A stretch of DNA of 64,000 bases from an uncultured Verrucomicrobiae bacterium (GTDB lineage: Bacteria; Verrucomicrobiota; Verrucomicrobiia; Limisphaerales; Palsa-1400). The stretch lies in assembly GCA_963702845.1 (NCBI GenBank), contig OY969763.1, positions 5,792,001-5,856,000 of the forward strand. Reading direction: 5' to 3'. The notes beneath the pieces are model-generated. The model was given only the letters and a program-made list of their open reading frames with translations. It did no database searches and was not told the origin of the DNA. The translations under genes were made by a program, and so were the position numbers. The stretch's first letter is position 1. Each line of letters opens with the position of its first letter. Shown here one piece after another: positions 10,488 to 20,910 of this stretch.

Positions 10488-11311
10488 AATATGTGATCAT
10501 TCGAGATGATGACACCAACGCGTTGATGCCGGTCGAATATCTGGAACGGCTCTACCGGCCATTTATTCAGCGTAACCTGCCGATAAACCTTGCCGTCATT
10601 CCGAACGTTTCAACCAAGGCGAGCTACGCCCCCGGCAGACTGGAAAAATTCTTGCTTGCTTATCGCGGACAAGAAAACGGCTGCGTCCCGATCGGCACCA
10701 ATGCCGAGTTGCTTCGTTATTTGCGCTGCTTCCCGCAATACAATTTCGTCCAGCACGGTTCTCGTCATGAATTCGTCGGCGACCATTACGAGTTCGATCA
10801 CGAAGACCGCGCTGAAATTGCGAAACGGCTCGACGAAGGAATCCAGTTTTTCGAACAGGCGGGACTTGGACGGCCGCGGGGGTTTGTCGCGCCGTATGAC
10901 CAACTCTCGCGTGTCAGCATGGAAGAAGTTGCGAAACGATTCGAAGTTATTTCAACCGGATGGTTTGAATTGGGCCGCATTCCACCGTCCTGGTGGCCGA
11001 AGTACGCATTGAAAAAAATGCGCCATTCGCCGCACTGGCGCGTCGGACGCACCGCTTTGCTTTCCCATCCCGGCTGCCATTTGTCGTATCACCGCTCCTA
11101 CAGTTTGATGCTGCAGGAAATCGAACGCAGCATCGCGAGCCGCAGGCTCACCGTGCTGGTGACCCATTGGTGGGAATATTTCCGCGACGGCAGGCCTGAT
11201 GACGCATTCATCGATGTGCTGCATCGCACCGCCGACTATCTCGCCAGTCGCAAAGATTTGAAAGTTGTCTCCTTCAACGACGTTGCAGACAGAAAGGTCG
11301 CACTCAACTGA
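10484..11311 (+). CDS. Polysaccharide deacetylase-like protein (DUF2334 / NodB-like)
   Basis: IRDDD, LAVIP, QHG..H, FVAPY, THWWE motifs; ATGA-coupled to the upstream GT4 gene. Confidence 0.75.
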   Translation: MKYVIIRDDDTNALMPVEYLERLYRPFIQRNLPINLAVIPNVSTKASYAPGRLEKFLLAYRGQENGCVPIGTNAELLRYLRCFPQYNFVQHGSRHEFVGDHYEFDHEDRAEIAKRLDEGIQFFEQAGLGRPRGFVAPYDQLSRVSMEEVAKRFEVISTGWFELGRIPPSWWPKYALKKMRHSPHWRVGRTALLSHPGCHLSYHRSYSLMLQEIERSIASRRLTVLVTHWWEYFRDGRPDDAFIDVLHRTADYLASRKDLKVVSFNDVADRKVALN

Positions 11312-11326
11312 ACGCCGAAACGAACT

Positions 11327-12370
11327 ATGAAAACCGAAATACTTGAAATTTTGCGCTGCCCGCAATGCAATTCCAAATTTACCGCACGCGTTGATCAACG
11401 CACGGGGGACGAGATCCGCAACGGGCAACTCGTCTGCAATGGTCACTCCCAACTGGGCGGCGGAATGCTTCGCCACCACTACGACATTGAAGATGGCATC
11501 ATTCGTTTTTGCCAGGGCTTCGGCGCTGAAATCGTGCAAAAGGAAATCGAATACGAGAACACGACCTATCACGGCAGCGATCGTTTGACCGATCCACAAA
11601 TCATCGCCGGCTTTCCAGACACTTTGACGGAGTTGTGGCCCCACACCGCTCACTTCGGCCCGGACTTCCGCGTGTTGATTGACAGCATCAACGTGCGTCC
11701 TGGCGACTGGGTGCTCGACATCGGCACTGGTCCCTGTTGGAGCAGTCGCCTGCTTGCACAACGGGGCGCTCGCGTTATCGCTCTCGATGTTAACGAAGCC
11801 AATTTCTATGGCCTGAAAACGTCGGATATTTTGTTTTCCGCACACAATGTCTATTTCGAGCGCGTTCTGGAAAGCATGACGCATCTGCCGTTTTCCGACA
11901 GCAGCATCGATCGAATCACCTTCAATGCATCCTTCCATCACACGCCCGACCATGACCGCACGTTGTCGGAATGTTTCCGCGTTTTGAAACCGGATGGGAT
12001 CATCGCAATGGTGAACGAAGAATTTGGTTCGCTTCGGCAACGTTTGTTTTGCCCTGAATCGACCAGCGACACTGGTTCACATCATCGCATCGAATATGCT
12101 GACTTCGACCGTTCGGTGAAGGATGCCGGTTTTGAGGCAAAATTTTACGTCGCTGAACACGTTCGCAAAAAACTCAATAACAAGTTCTCCGTTGTCGGCG
12201 ATATGGTCGTGCACGCCATAGAGAGTGTGCCGTTGGCGCTGAAACAATTGAATTCGGCCCTGATCATTCTGACGAAGCAACCGGCCAAGCGCAGCTATGC
12301 TGTGCCGATCCAGTCGTTGCAAATCGAAAATGAGCCGGTGTCGATGGGAGCTTTGCAAAGTCACGCATGA
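11327..12370 (+). CDS. Class I SAM methyltransferase with Trm112-like N-terminal module
   Basis: LRCPQC...L.C...Y.I.DGI at the N-terminus; VLDIGTG, LPF.D.S.D, RVLKPDG. Confidence 0.85.
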   Translation: MKTEILEILRCPQCNSKFTARVDQRTGDEIRNGQLVCNGHSQLGGGMLRHHYDIEDGIIRFCQGFGAEIVQKEIEYENTTYHGSDRLTDPQIIAGFPDTLTELWPHTAHFGPDFRVLIDSINVRPGDWVLDIGTGPCWSSRLLAQRGARVIALDVNEANFYGLKTSDILFSAHNVYFERVLESMTHLPFSDSSIDRITFNASFHHTPDHDRTLSECFRVLKPDGIIAMVNEEFGSLRQRLFCPESTSDTGSHHRIEYADFDRSVKDAGFEAKFYVAEHVRKKLNNKFSVVGDMVVHAIESVPLALKQLNSALIILTKQPAKRSYAVPIQSLQIENEPVSMGALQSHA

Positions 12371-13980
12371 TAAAAGCAGTTCAACCAAGTCCGTCCGTTT
12401 TGTCGTTTCGCGCCCTGCGCGATGTCACTGGTCCGTCTCTCGGGCGTAATCAGTCCGCGCCCGCGGCGCCACCCGGTGTAGACGATGGCACGCAAAGCAA
12501 AGCGAGCGACTTCGAAGAGGTGAAGTCGACCGTCGCCGCGCCGATCCTCATCCTCGGGGTGCCATTCGACAATGTCACCACCGCACAAACCGTGTCGGTG
12601 ATCGAAGACATGGTTGAATCGCGCAAGCCGAACCATCTGGTCACCGCGAATGTCGACTTCCTCGTTCAATCGCTGCACGACGTCGAACTGCACCGCATCC
12701 TCACCGATGCGCAGTTGGTGTTGTGCGATGGAATGCCGTTGGTTTGGGCCTCGAGATTGCTGGGCAATCCGTTGCCGGAACGCGTTGCCGGTTCCGACCT
12801 CGTGCCGCTGCTAATCGAGACGGCCGTACGTAAACAATTTCGGTTGTTCTTTTTAGGCGGAAGTTCTGAAACCGCTGCGCAAGCGGTCGCAAACCTTAAG
12901 CAAAAACATCCGCAGGTTGTCATCGCAGGACATTACTCGCCGCCGATAGGCAACTTGTTCGAGATGGATCACGCGGAAATTTGTCGCCGGATCCGGCAAG
13001 CGAAACCGGATTTGCTGTTCGTGTCGTTTGGGTGTCCGAAACAGGAAAAGTGGATTGCGATGCACTATCGCGATCTCGGCGTTCCGGTTTCGGTCGGTGT
13101 CGGCGCAACCATCGACTTTCTCGCCGGCAAAGTATTGCGCGCGCCGCGTTGGATGCGTGCGACAGGCGCGGAATGGTTGTTCCGCCTCGCACAAGAACCG
13201 CGCCGGCTGTTCAAGCGTTACATGCGCGGCCTTTGGATTTTCGGCTGGGCGATCGCGCTCCAATGGTGGCGCATGCAATTACGCGGTGTCGCGAGCCGAT
13301 CCGCGCCACGCGTCAATCCGGTGCAGAACAAAAAGCAATGGCAACACATTGTTTTCCCGAAACGCGTCGACGGCGAGGCTGTTCGCCAATACTCGTTGCT
13401 ATGCGCTAACGCTCTGGCCTCGTCGCAAACCTGCCTGCTTGATCTGGAACGTGTGCGCTTTATCGACAGCACGGGCATGGGCCTGCTCGTGCGATTACAA
13501 CGGCAAGCTCGCATTGCTCGACGCAAAATTATTCTGCTGGCGCCGAGTTCCGCGGTGCGATCTGCCTTGCGGCTGATGAAGGTGGATAAGTTTTTCACGG
13601 TCGCTAACGATCAGGCGTGTGCGAAACAAATGATCGATGCGAACCACTTTGACGGCCCCGTCCTGGTTCAGCCGAACTATTTTCCTTCAAAGCCGTCGAT
13701 CTTCTGGCAAGGCGAGATTACCTCGCGCAACGTGGACGAAGTCTGGAAATCAACCGAGGGCGAATTGTTGTTGCGTTCGAACCGTGATCGTCGTTGTTTC
13801 ATTGATATCTCGGGTTTGCATTTTATCGACACAGCCGGCGCCGGGATGATGTTGCGCGTTAAGAAAACCGCGCAACAACAAGGCGTAGACCTGGTGTTCA
13901 CCGGTATCCGGCCGGCTGTGCGCAACGTTCTCGAATTATCGAAAGTCGATTCTTTGATTGTCGGTGGAGGCATGGCGTGA
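12367..13980 (+). CDS. WecB/TagA/CpsF (GT26) glycosyltransferase fused to two STAS domains
   Basis: T.NVD, DG.PL, ERVAGSDL, G.PKQE, RAP.WM...G.EW..RL..EP.RL..RY; then DL..VRFIDSTG and DISGL.FIDTAG STAS motifs. Confidence 0.88.
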   Translation: MIKAVQPSPSVLSFRALRDVTGPSLGRNQSAPAAPPGVDDGTQSKASDFEEVKSTVAAPILILGVPFDNVTTAQTVSVIEDMVESRKPNHLVTANVDFLVQSLHDVELHRILTDAQLVLCDGMPLVWASRLLGNPLPERVAGSDLVPLLIETAVRKQFRLFFLGGSSETAAQAVANLKQKHPQVVIAGHYSPPIGNLFEMDHAEICRRIRQAKPDLLFVSFGCPKQEKWIAMHYRDLGVPVSVGVGATIDFLAGKVLRAPRWMRATGAEWLFRLAQEPRRLFKRYMRGLWIFGWAIALQWWRMQLRGVASRSAPRVNPVQNKKQWQHIVFPKRVDGEAVRQYSLLCANALASSQTCLLDLERVRFIDSTGMGLLVRLQRQARIARRKIILLAPSSAVRSALRLMKVDKFFTVANDQACAKQMIDANHFDGPVLVQPNYFPSKPSIFWQGEITSRNVDEVWKSTEGELLLRSNRDRRCFIDISGLHFIDTAGAGMMLRVKKTAQQQGVDLVFTGIRPAVRNVLELSKVDSLIVGGGMA

Positions 13981-15182
13981 AGATTGGAATATCGACGTCG
14001 GTTGTGGCTCGCGGACGAAGCGGCATCGGCCAATACGTGTTCGGGCTCGTGCGCGCGTTGCTCGATCAACCCAGCGGACACGAATACGTCCTCTTCGTGC
14101 TGGAGGATGATCTCAATCTTTTTAACTTTGTGGATGGTCGCGCCAAAATCGTGACAGTCTCGGAACGCTATCGTTCTCCGATTAGGAACATCCTTTGGCA
14201 TCAAATCCGATTGCCGCGACTGGTGCGCGAGCTTGGGATCAATGTCATCCACGTGCCATCCTATCGTCGTCTACTCTGGACAAGGTCATGTGCACGGGTC
14301 GGCACCGTTCACGATCTCGCGGCCTTCGAGGTCAAAGGAAAGTATGATTGGGCACGCATGTTTTACGGTCGCGTGGTCGCACGGTCTTTAGTCTGGCGTC
14401 AGGACAAAATCATTGCCATCAGCAATACGACGGCGACTGATATGCAGAAATATTTCGGTCTGCCGAAAGACCAAATTTCAGTGATACACAATGGCCTCGA
14501 TCATTGCCGCTTCTTCCCATCCGAGCCGAGCCGGTTTGCCCATGAAGAGCGTTGTTTCCTCTACGTTTCGCGGTTGGAGCATCCGGCAAAAAATCATTGG
14601 CGATTGATAGAAGCGTTTAACCAATTCAAAGAAGGGACGCAGTCGAATTGGAAACTGGTGCTGGCCGGCGGCGATTGGCACGGAGCGGAAGTGATTCACC
14701 GAGCGGCGAAGGAATCGCCATTCGCTGATGACATTCACATGCTCGGCTTTGTCGCCGACGAAGACCTGGCCCACCTTTATCGCGCCGCAGACGTGTTCAT
14801 CTATCCGTCGCTTTACGAAGGATTCGGCATGCCTCCGATTGAGGCGATGGCGTGTGGTTGCCCTGTGATCGTTTCGCCCCGTGGCGCTTTGGCGGAAGTG
14901 GTTGGTGACGCTGGTTACATCGTCAATCCCGAACAAATCGATTCCATCCGCCTCGCAATGCAACGCGTCGCGACAGACGATGGTGCGCGCGCGCGGTTGC
15001 GCAAAGCTGGTTTGGAACGCGCAACCCAATTCGACTGGCATCGCACTGCGACGGAAACTTTGCGCGTGTATGAGAATGCCCATCGCGAACGCACGACAGA
15101 ACTTTCTCGCCGTTCGTGGATCGAACCTGAATTTCCAAACGGAATGCCGGAGCCGAACCTCAAGCGCGTCCCGACCGATTAG
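13977..15182 (+). CDS. Glycosyltransferase family 4 (MtfB/WbpY-like)
   Basis: SGIGQY, TVHDL, KN..RLI.AF, YPSLYEGFGMPPIEAMACG.PVI. Confidence 0.92.
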   Translation: MKIGISTSVVARGRSGIGQYVFGLVRALLDQPSGHEYVLFVLEDDLNLFNFVDGRAKIVTVSERYRSPIRNILWHQIRLPRLVRELGINVIHVPSYRRLLWTRSCARVGTVHDLAAFEVKGKYDWARMFYGRVVARSLVWRQDKIIAISNTTATDMQKYFGLPKDQISVIHNGLDHCRFFPSEPSRFAHEERCFLYVSRLEHPAKNHWRLIEAFNQFKEGTQSNWKLVLAGGDWHGAEVIHRAAKESPFADDIHMLGFVADEDLAHLYRAADVFIYPSLYEGFGMPPIEAMACGCPVIVSPRGALAEVVGDAGYIVNPEQIDSIRLAMQRVATDDGARARLRKAGLERATQFDWHRTATETLRVYENAHRERTTELSRRSWIEPEFPNGMPEPNLKRVPTD

Positions 15183-15193
15183 GCCCGGCCACC

Positions 15194-18100
15194 TTAATGA
15201 CTCTTCAAGGAGTAACTTGTCGGCAAGCTTTGTGTCGTGTGCCCCGCCGAATCGGTGGCCGTGGCAACGAACGTGTTCACGCCAGGCACGAGCGTGACGC
15301 GAGTTATCCAAGATTTCAAATTTGGAGTAGTCCCGCTCAGTGCAGCGATATTCGTTAAGAACGCGTTTGTCGGAAACGTGCGGATGAGCGTCACGTTGGT
15401 AATAAGCCCGTGATCGTAAGCGCGTCCCATCACATCCAACTGAGTTGCTACATTGGTTTCGCCCAGCACGAACACTCTGTTGGTAAATGAAGTCCCTTTC
15501 ATTGGACGAAGTATTGCGAGGGTCGGAAAATCTGTGTCGGGAATGATCGAGAGATTTCCCCTCGTCAACGCTGTCATCGCTGTGCTGCCATATGCACCCG
15601 TGACCACACACTGGAAATGGCCACTGTCACGTGTCTGGACATTCGTTCTCGTCAGCGTGATCGAAGTTGCGCCATCGATTGGCGTGCCCTCGAAGTTCCA
15701 CTGATAGGTCAACGGCGCTGTCCCAGCCGCGACCGCTCGAAAGCTGACGTTGTTTCCCGCGATCCTCGTCAGGTTCACCGGCTGAACCGTAAAGTGCGGC
15801 GCGGTGTAGAGTACCACTTTTGCGGTTTTGCTCGTGACGACATTCGGCGGATGAAACGAATCCGAGACTACAACGTAGTAACCCGGCGGCTGCGTGGTCA
15901 CCGTTCGTTGCAAAAGAAAAGTATCATTTGTTTGGTTAGCCAATTTGGTCCCGGACAATCCATTGTTGCGAGTCGAATACCACTGATAGTGAAAAGGCGC
16001 TGTTCCGCCTGATGCCAAAACGCTGAAAGTCGCATTTGCCCAAAATGCTGTTGGTCGATCAATCGGTTGCGCTTCGATCGTGAGCGGTCGCGCGACGGTA
16101 AAGCGAAACACGAGTTGGCCTGTGGCCCCGGAATAGCCGCCAGCTTCGTAATAGTAGGTCACGCCGGCGTTCACGAAATGGCTGAGTTGCGAGGCTAGAT
16201 TCCCGCCGCCATCATCATCGCAATCAATCGGTGTCAAAGCGCCGCAACTCCCCGAATAAACCGCGAGCACAGTATCGAAGCCACTGCCGATTGTATCGAC
16301 AGTAACGAAACCGTCAGTCGGCGCTGTCCAGGAATACCAAACCGCATTGCCAAAAAAACTGACACAGCTCGGATGAACATCTCCGGTGCTCGTCGCAAAC
16401 AAAGTCGATTGCACGTTCGTGTAGGTTGCGCCGCTGATGGGGGTGGCGTTAGCGCAGTCATTGTTGGGCGGGCGACCGTAGACAATCAGGACCGCATTCG
16501 AGCTCGTGGCCGTGCCGGCTGAATTCGCAACAACCACGTTATATGTGCCGGAATCTGAGGGCGTGACCTTGTTCAGTGTTAACGTCGCGCCCGTAGCGCC
16601 ACCAATCGTCCCGTTGTTAAAGGTCCATTGATAATGAAGCTTGGCGAGACCTTGCGCCGATGCCGAGAACGTCACAGCATCATTTTGATTGGCAGTTTGA
16701 CTCTTGGGTTGGAGAGCGATGACCGGTGCGCCAAGAACATTCAACGTAAAATCGCGCGTTTGGCCGACGCCATTGTTGATGTTAGTGAAAGCAACAGTTG
16801 CAGTGTAGGTTCCGGCAGAAAGCGTGTAAGCGATCGAATTGAGGCTGACGTCCACTCCGCTCGCCGTCGCGCCCGCCAACGTGCCTGCTACAGTTGAAAT
16901 GGATAGCCACGAAGCATCGTTGAAGGCCTGCCAATTAACAGTTGTGTCGCCGGAGTTTGTTACTGTGAACGTAACGTGCGTCACATCAAACGGACCTCCT
17001 ACGCCGCCGTTCGCGGTAAAACCCGTCGTTGGTGAGATACGCAATACATCGGTGGGCCCGGCCATCGCGTCGATAAAAGCGCTACCATTGGGCGTGCCCC
17101 AGCCTGTGCAAAGGTCATAACCGGGCACTGCATAAAAAGCGTTCGGACTGCTGCCGCTCGTATTATTGCCCGCCGTGACGTCGTGAAAAGCGCTCGTGTA
17201 GCTGGCACCTTTACCAATCGTGTAAATGGCCGGATTGATGAATCCAACCGGCGAATGTGAATTAGCCGTCGCTTGCTCATTGATCAACGCGGTCAGTCCG
17301 GCCCAAAGTGGCGCGGCGCAACTCGTCCCGCCGAAAACATCTGATGAACCGTGGTCATACGTGACGTAAACGTTGTCACCGGTGAGCGCGACATCCGGAA
17401 GATTGCGGAAGCTCGTCGAGCCACCGTTTTTATTCATGCTGATGCCCTGTTGATATGCGGGTAACGGGTAAGTATCGCTGACACCGCCACTGCTTCCAGT
17501 GCCGCCGCCCCAGTTCCAAACCGATTCCGAAACATACGCCCCACTCGAAGTTGTCGTCAGTGTCGTTCCGCCGACTTGAACAATGTTCGTGCTCTCCGAC
17601 GGAAAGTCGATCGCGCCGGTAAACGCGTCGTTGTCGCCGCTCGCATTAAAAAAGGTCTGACCTTGCGCCGCCATTTGTTTGAAAATTTGTTCCGACGACG
17701 GATCAGGCGGACCGCCGCCCCACGAGCAACTGAGTTGTTTGGCGAGATTGTCATTCGCCATTTTGCTCAGCAAATCCGGCCACGGACTCGGGTTTGGCGC
17801 TTCGTAAACATAAATCCGCGAAAGCCCCGGCGCCATCGCAACCGTCATTTCGATATCCAAACAGACTTCCCCGTTGCCATCGCTCGGCGTGGTAACGCCG
17901 CCATCAACCGGGACGACCGTTAGCGGCACATGCGACAAACCAGCTTGGTTTTCGTAGGCGTTGATATCAGTTTGCCAAAAGCCGTCGAATTGCAACAAAG
18001 CGACTGATTGACCGGCACCAGTGAGGGTCGTTCCAGGCACGTAAGCTTTGCGGAAATCATTCGCCCAATACGAACCGCCCGGGCCTGAGCCCGTGTGCGG

Positions 18101-18703
18101 GGTAACCGAAGGCGTCATATTCCCCTCCCTGTGATATTTCGGATGCGGCAATGAATAGTTATTTAAACCGCTGACGTGCAGCACAGGAATATTGGCGTCA
18201 ATGCTCGGTTCGGTATCGGGCGCAAAAAACGTGCGAGCCTCTTTCGGGTGATTGTAGACATGCAACTTAACGCCGAACGCTTGCTCGACATCGCCCGCGC
18301 TTCCCTCAACATCCAGCACAAGCCGGTTCCCATGCAAATACGTGACGTGCAGGTGATGCGCTTTGGCGAACGTTTTAACTGATTCGTAATCTTCCTTGGT
18401 CGGCCCGAACTTTTCCGCGAACTGTTCCGGCGTAAGGAATTTGTGATAATTCGGGCTCGTTGGATCCTGAAGGCTCTCGATGAACGCATTTAGCTTGTTC
18501 TCATCCGGCAATGGAACACCGATCGCAAGTCGCATCGATTGACGCGCATCGAGGCGCGAAATCGCGCGTAAACGCGCCACCGCAGCGGGCACATGTTGCT
18601 GCAACGTTTTAGTGCCAGCCGTTGCGATTGGTGCGTCGCTTAGCAACGCCAGACCAATGATCCACACAAAGAGAGTGGACGGCTTCAAATGACTTTTCCG
18701 CAT
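15194..18703 (-). CDS. Secreted S53 (sedolisin/kumamolisin) peptidase with prodomain, BACON-like and Ig-like domains
   Basis: Signal peptide; Pro-kuma P.SPNY.KFLT.EQF..FGP; catalytic E...D (EVCLD), SGD, GGTS.AAP, GYD..TGWGTP; several QP...YQW...Y.V Ig repeats. Confidence 0.92.
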   Translation of the reverse strand: MRKSHLKPSTLFVWIIGLALLSDAPIATAGTKTLQQHVPAAVARLRAISRLDARQSMRLAIGVPLPDENKLNAFIESLQDPTSPNYHKFLTPEQFAEKFGPTKEDYESVKTFAKAHHLHVTYLHGNRLVLDVEGSAGDVEQAFGVKLHVYNHPKEARTFFAPDTEPSIDANIPVLHVSGLNNYSLPHPKYHREGNMTPSVTPHTGSGPGGSYWANDFRKAYVPGTTLTGAGQSVALLQFDGFWQTDINAYENQAGLSHVPLTVVPVDGGVTTPSDGNGEVCLDIEMTVAMAPGLSRIYVYEAPNPSPWPDLLSKMANDNLAKQLSCSWGGGPPDPSSEQIFKQMAAQGQTFFNASGDNDAFTGAIDFPSESTNIVQVGGTTLTTTSSGAYVSESVWNWGGGTGSSGGVSDTYPLPAYQQGISMNKNGGSTSFRNLPDVALTGDNVYVTYDHGSSDVFGGTSCAAPLWAGLTALINEQATANSHSPVGFINPAIYTIGKGASYTSAFHDVTAGNNTSGSSPNAFYAVPGYDLCTGWGTPNGSAFIDAMAGPTDVLRISPTTGFTANGGVGGPFDVTHVTFTVTNSGDTTVNWQAFNDASWLSISTVAGTLAGATASGVDVSLNSIAYTLSAGTYTATVAFTNINNGVGQTRDFTLNVLGAPVIALQPKSQTANQNDAVTFSASAQGLAKLHYQWTFNNGTIGGATGATLTLNKVTPSDSGTYNVVVANSAGTATSSNAVLIVYGRPPNNDCANATPISGATYTNVQSTLFATSTGDVHPSCVSFFGNAVWYSWTAPTDGFVTVDTIGSGFDTVLAVYSGSCGALTPIDCDDDGGGNLASQLSHFVNAGVTYYYEAGGYSGATGQLVFRFTVARPLTIEAQPIDRPTAFWANATFSVLASGGTAPFHYQWYSTRNNGLSGTKLANQTNDTFLLQRTVTTQPPGYYVVVSDSFHPPNVVTSKTAKVVLYTAPHFTVQPVNLTRIAGNNVSFRAVAAGTAPLTYQWNFEGTPIDGATSITLTRTNVQTRDSGHFQCVVTGAYGSTAMTALTRGNLSIIPDTDFPTLAILRPMKGTSFTNRVFVLGETNVATQLDVMGRAYDHGLITNVTLIRTFPTNAFLTNIAALSGTTPNLKSWITRVTLVPGVNTFVATATDSAGHTTQSLPTSYSLKSH

Positions 18704-18840
18704 TCAGTTCCGGAGGCTGCTCAACTTGGACAATAGATGCCGATTATGATGCCGAAATCACCCTCGCAGGTCAACGTTAATACCCTGCGGCGTGATATGT
18801 TGACTGTCGTCGGGTAAGTGGGTAACGAGGAGCGGTTTAA

Positions 18841-20103
18841 GTGACTAATAATCAACTCAACGCAGGTTCTGACGTGCAACGCACGCGTGTATTGGTTGTT
18901 GGCGGCGGAGCCGCAGGTTTTTTCGCGGCCATCACTTGCGCTGAGGCCAATCCCGATTCTCACGTCATTCTCCTCGAGAAAACTGCTCACTTCTTGTCCA
19001 AGGTGCGCATCTCCGGCGGAGGTCGCTGCAACGTGACCAATCGAACCTCCGAGCCGAAAGAACTTAGTCAAAATTATCCACGTGGACGGTCCGCTCTGGT
19101 CGGTCCATTTCACACGTTCACTTCGCAGAACACCACTGAATGGTTCGAGTCACGTGGAGTGAAGCTGAAAGTCGAACCCGATGGCCGTGTCTTCCCGATA
19201 AGCGATTCTTCGCAGACAATCATCGATTGTTTAATGCAAGCGGCCAACCGAGCAGGCGTTGAACTGAAAACGGACCTCGGAGTTCAGTCGGCCAAACGAC
19301 TCGAAGACGGATTTGAACTGTCACTGTCCAACGGCGAAGTCATGTGCTGCGAAAAACTAATGCTCGCCACCGGTGGTTCCCGCACACCAGCCGCCGGGCA
19401 ACTCGCCGTTTCGCTCGGGCACACCTTGGAAACACCGGTGCCGTCCCTGTTCACATTTCATGTCGGCGTGCCGTGGTTGCGCGACCTGGCGGGAATTTCC
19501 GTCCCTCTGGTGCAAGTAACAGTGCCCGCGGTGAAATTAAAAGAGCAAGGTCCAGTGCTGATCACGCACTCCGGATTGAGCGGCCCTGCGATTTTGCGAT
19601 TGTCGGCGTGGGGAGCGCGTGCATTACACGGCCTCGGTTACAAATTCTCGCTGCAAGTGAATTGGTTGCCGCAACTCAACGAGGGTTCATTGACGCAACA
19701 GTTCGAGACCCAAAGAAACAGTTCTCCATCGCGGCTTGTGGTCAACTCACCCATCGCGCCGCTCGCCAGCCGTTTGTGGGAAGCCCTCGTGTTGACGTCG
19801 GAAATTCCGCGCGAGACGCGTTGGGCGGACTTATCGAGCGCGTCGCGCCATCGCCTTATTCAACAACTCACGCGCATGGAGTTACCCGTTACCGGCAAAA
19901 GCTTGAACGCCGATGAATTCGTCACCTGTGGTGGAGTGCGCCTGAGCGAAGTGAATTTCAAAACCATGGAAAGCAAAGTTTGCCCTGGCCTCTATTTCGG
20001 CGGCGAAGTTCTCGACATCGACGGCATCACTGGCGGATTCAATTTCCAATCAGCATGGACCACGGGATGGCTCGCCGGAAAAGCCATGGCCGAAAAAAGT
20101 TGA
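18841..20103 (+). CDS. HI0933/BaiN/YhiN-family flavoprotein oxidoreductase
   Basis: GGGAAG, K..ISGGGRCNVTN, GRVFP, TH.GLSGP, VT.GGV, GE.LD.DG.TGGFNFQ.AW. Confidence 0.93.
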   Translation: MTNNQLNAGSDVQRTRVLVVGGGAAGFFAAITCAEANPDSHVILLEKTAHFLSKVRISGGGRCNVTNRTSEPKELSQNYPRGRSALVGPFHTFTSQNTTEWFESRGVKLKVEPDGRVFPISDSSQTIIDCLMQAANRAGVELKTDLGVQSAKRLEDGFELSLSNGEVMCCEKLMLATGGSRTPAAGQLAVSLGHTLETPVPSLFTFHVGVPWLRDLAGISVPLVQVTVPAVKLKEQGPVLITHSGLSGPAILRLSAWGARALHGLGYKFSLQVNWLPQLNEGSLTQQFETQRNSSPSRLVVNSPIAPLASRLWEALVLTSEIPRETRWADLSSASRHRLIQQLTRMELPVTGKSLNADEFVTCGGVRLSEVNFKTMESKVCPGLYFGGEVLDIDGITGGFNFQSAWTTGWLAGKAMAEKS

Positions 20104-20138
20104 GGCAGTGGCCGAGATGCCCTTGACTCAACGACGCT

Positions 20139-20829
20139 ATGCCAGAAACGAACGCGAACCTTTCAGCGGTTCCCACCCGGGTTGGTTACGATCGATGGTC
20201 AGAGTTTTACGATGCTGACCAAAATCCTTTGGTGTTGTTGGAGAATCTGCATTTTCCAAAGTTGCTCGGCGAGGTGAATGGACTGGATGTTGCCGATATT
20301 GGCTGTGGCACGGGACGGCATGCGCTGAGGTTGGCGGAGCTGGGGGCGCGCGTGACCGCAATGGATTTTTCCGCAGGAATGCTTCAACACGCAAAAGACA
20401 AGGCCGCGGGCAAGCCCATCCGTTTTGTGGAGCACGATTTGAGCAAGCGGTTGCCTCTGGCCGATGCGTCGTTTGACCGCGTCATCTGTTGTTTGGTGCT
20501 CGATCACATCGGGAACCTCGAAAACTTCTTTTGTGAATTGCGAAGGGATCTGCAAACCTGATGGCTTCATTGCGCTTTCCGGGATGCATCCGGCAATGTC
20601 TTTGCGCGGGGTCCAGGCGCGATTCACCGATCCTGCTTCGGGCAACAAAGTTCTGCTCGCCAGCGAGGAGCATCGGTTTTCGGATTATGTCAACGCGGTG
20701 GTGAACGCGGGATTGCGCATTGATCATATCAGCGAACATTGCGGGGACGCTGCCTTGTCGGCACGTTGCGAGAGAGCGCAAAAGTATGAAGGATGGCCGA
20801 TCTTGATATTGATGAAGTTGGGGCTGTAA
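20139..20829 (+). CDS. Class I SAM methyltransferase, split by a +1 frameshift near 20545
   Basis: ORF 20139-20561 (DIGCGTG, LP..DASFD) continues in ORF 20464-20829. Removing one G from cgaagggatc restores ELRRICKPDG. Confidence 0.82.
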
Positions 20830-20881
20830 AGGGCTTTTCAAGAGAGCGCACGGGAGCAGTGCGTCTCCTTTCTAATTTCAT

Positions 20882-20910
20882 TTGACAGAACTTGCGTATC
20901 GCTTAGCAAT
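20882..20910 (+). promoter_or_regulatory. Possible sigma70 promoter of the methylmalonyl-CoA operon
   Basis: Perfect TTGACA at 20882-20887 followed about 16-17 nt later by tagcaat. Confidence 0.4.

Noticed and set aside
10952..15611. Long antisense ORFs (10952-12040, 14478-15611) and similar alternate-frame ORFs throughout
   Set aside because: They overlap well-supported genes and have no recognisable motifs; typical shadows in GC-rich DNA.
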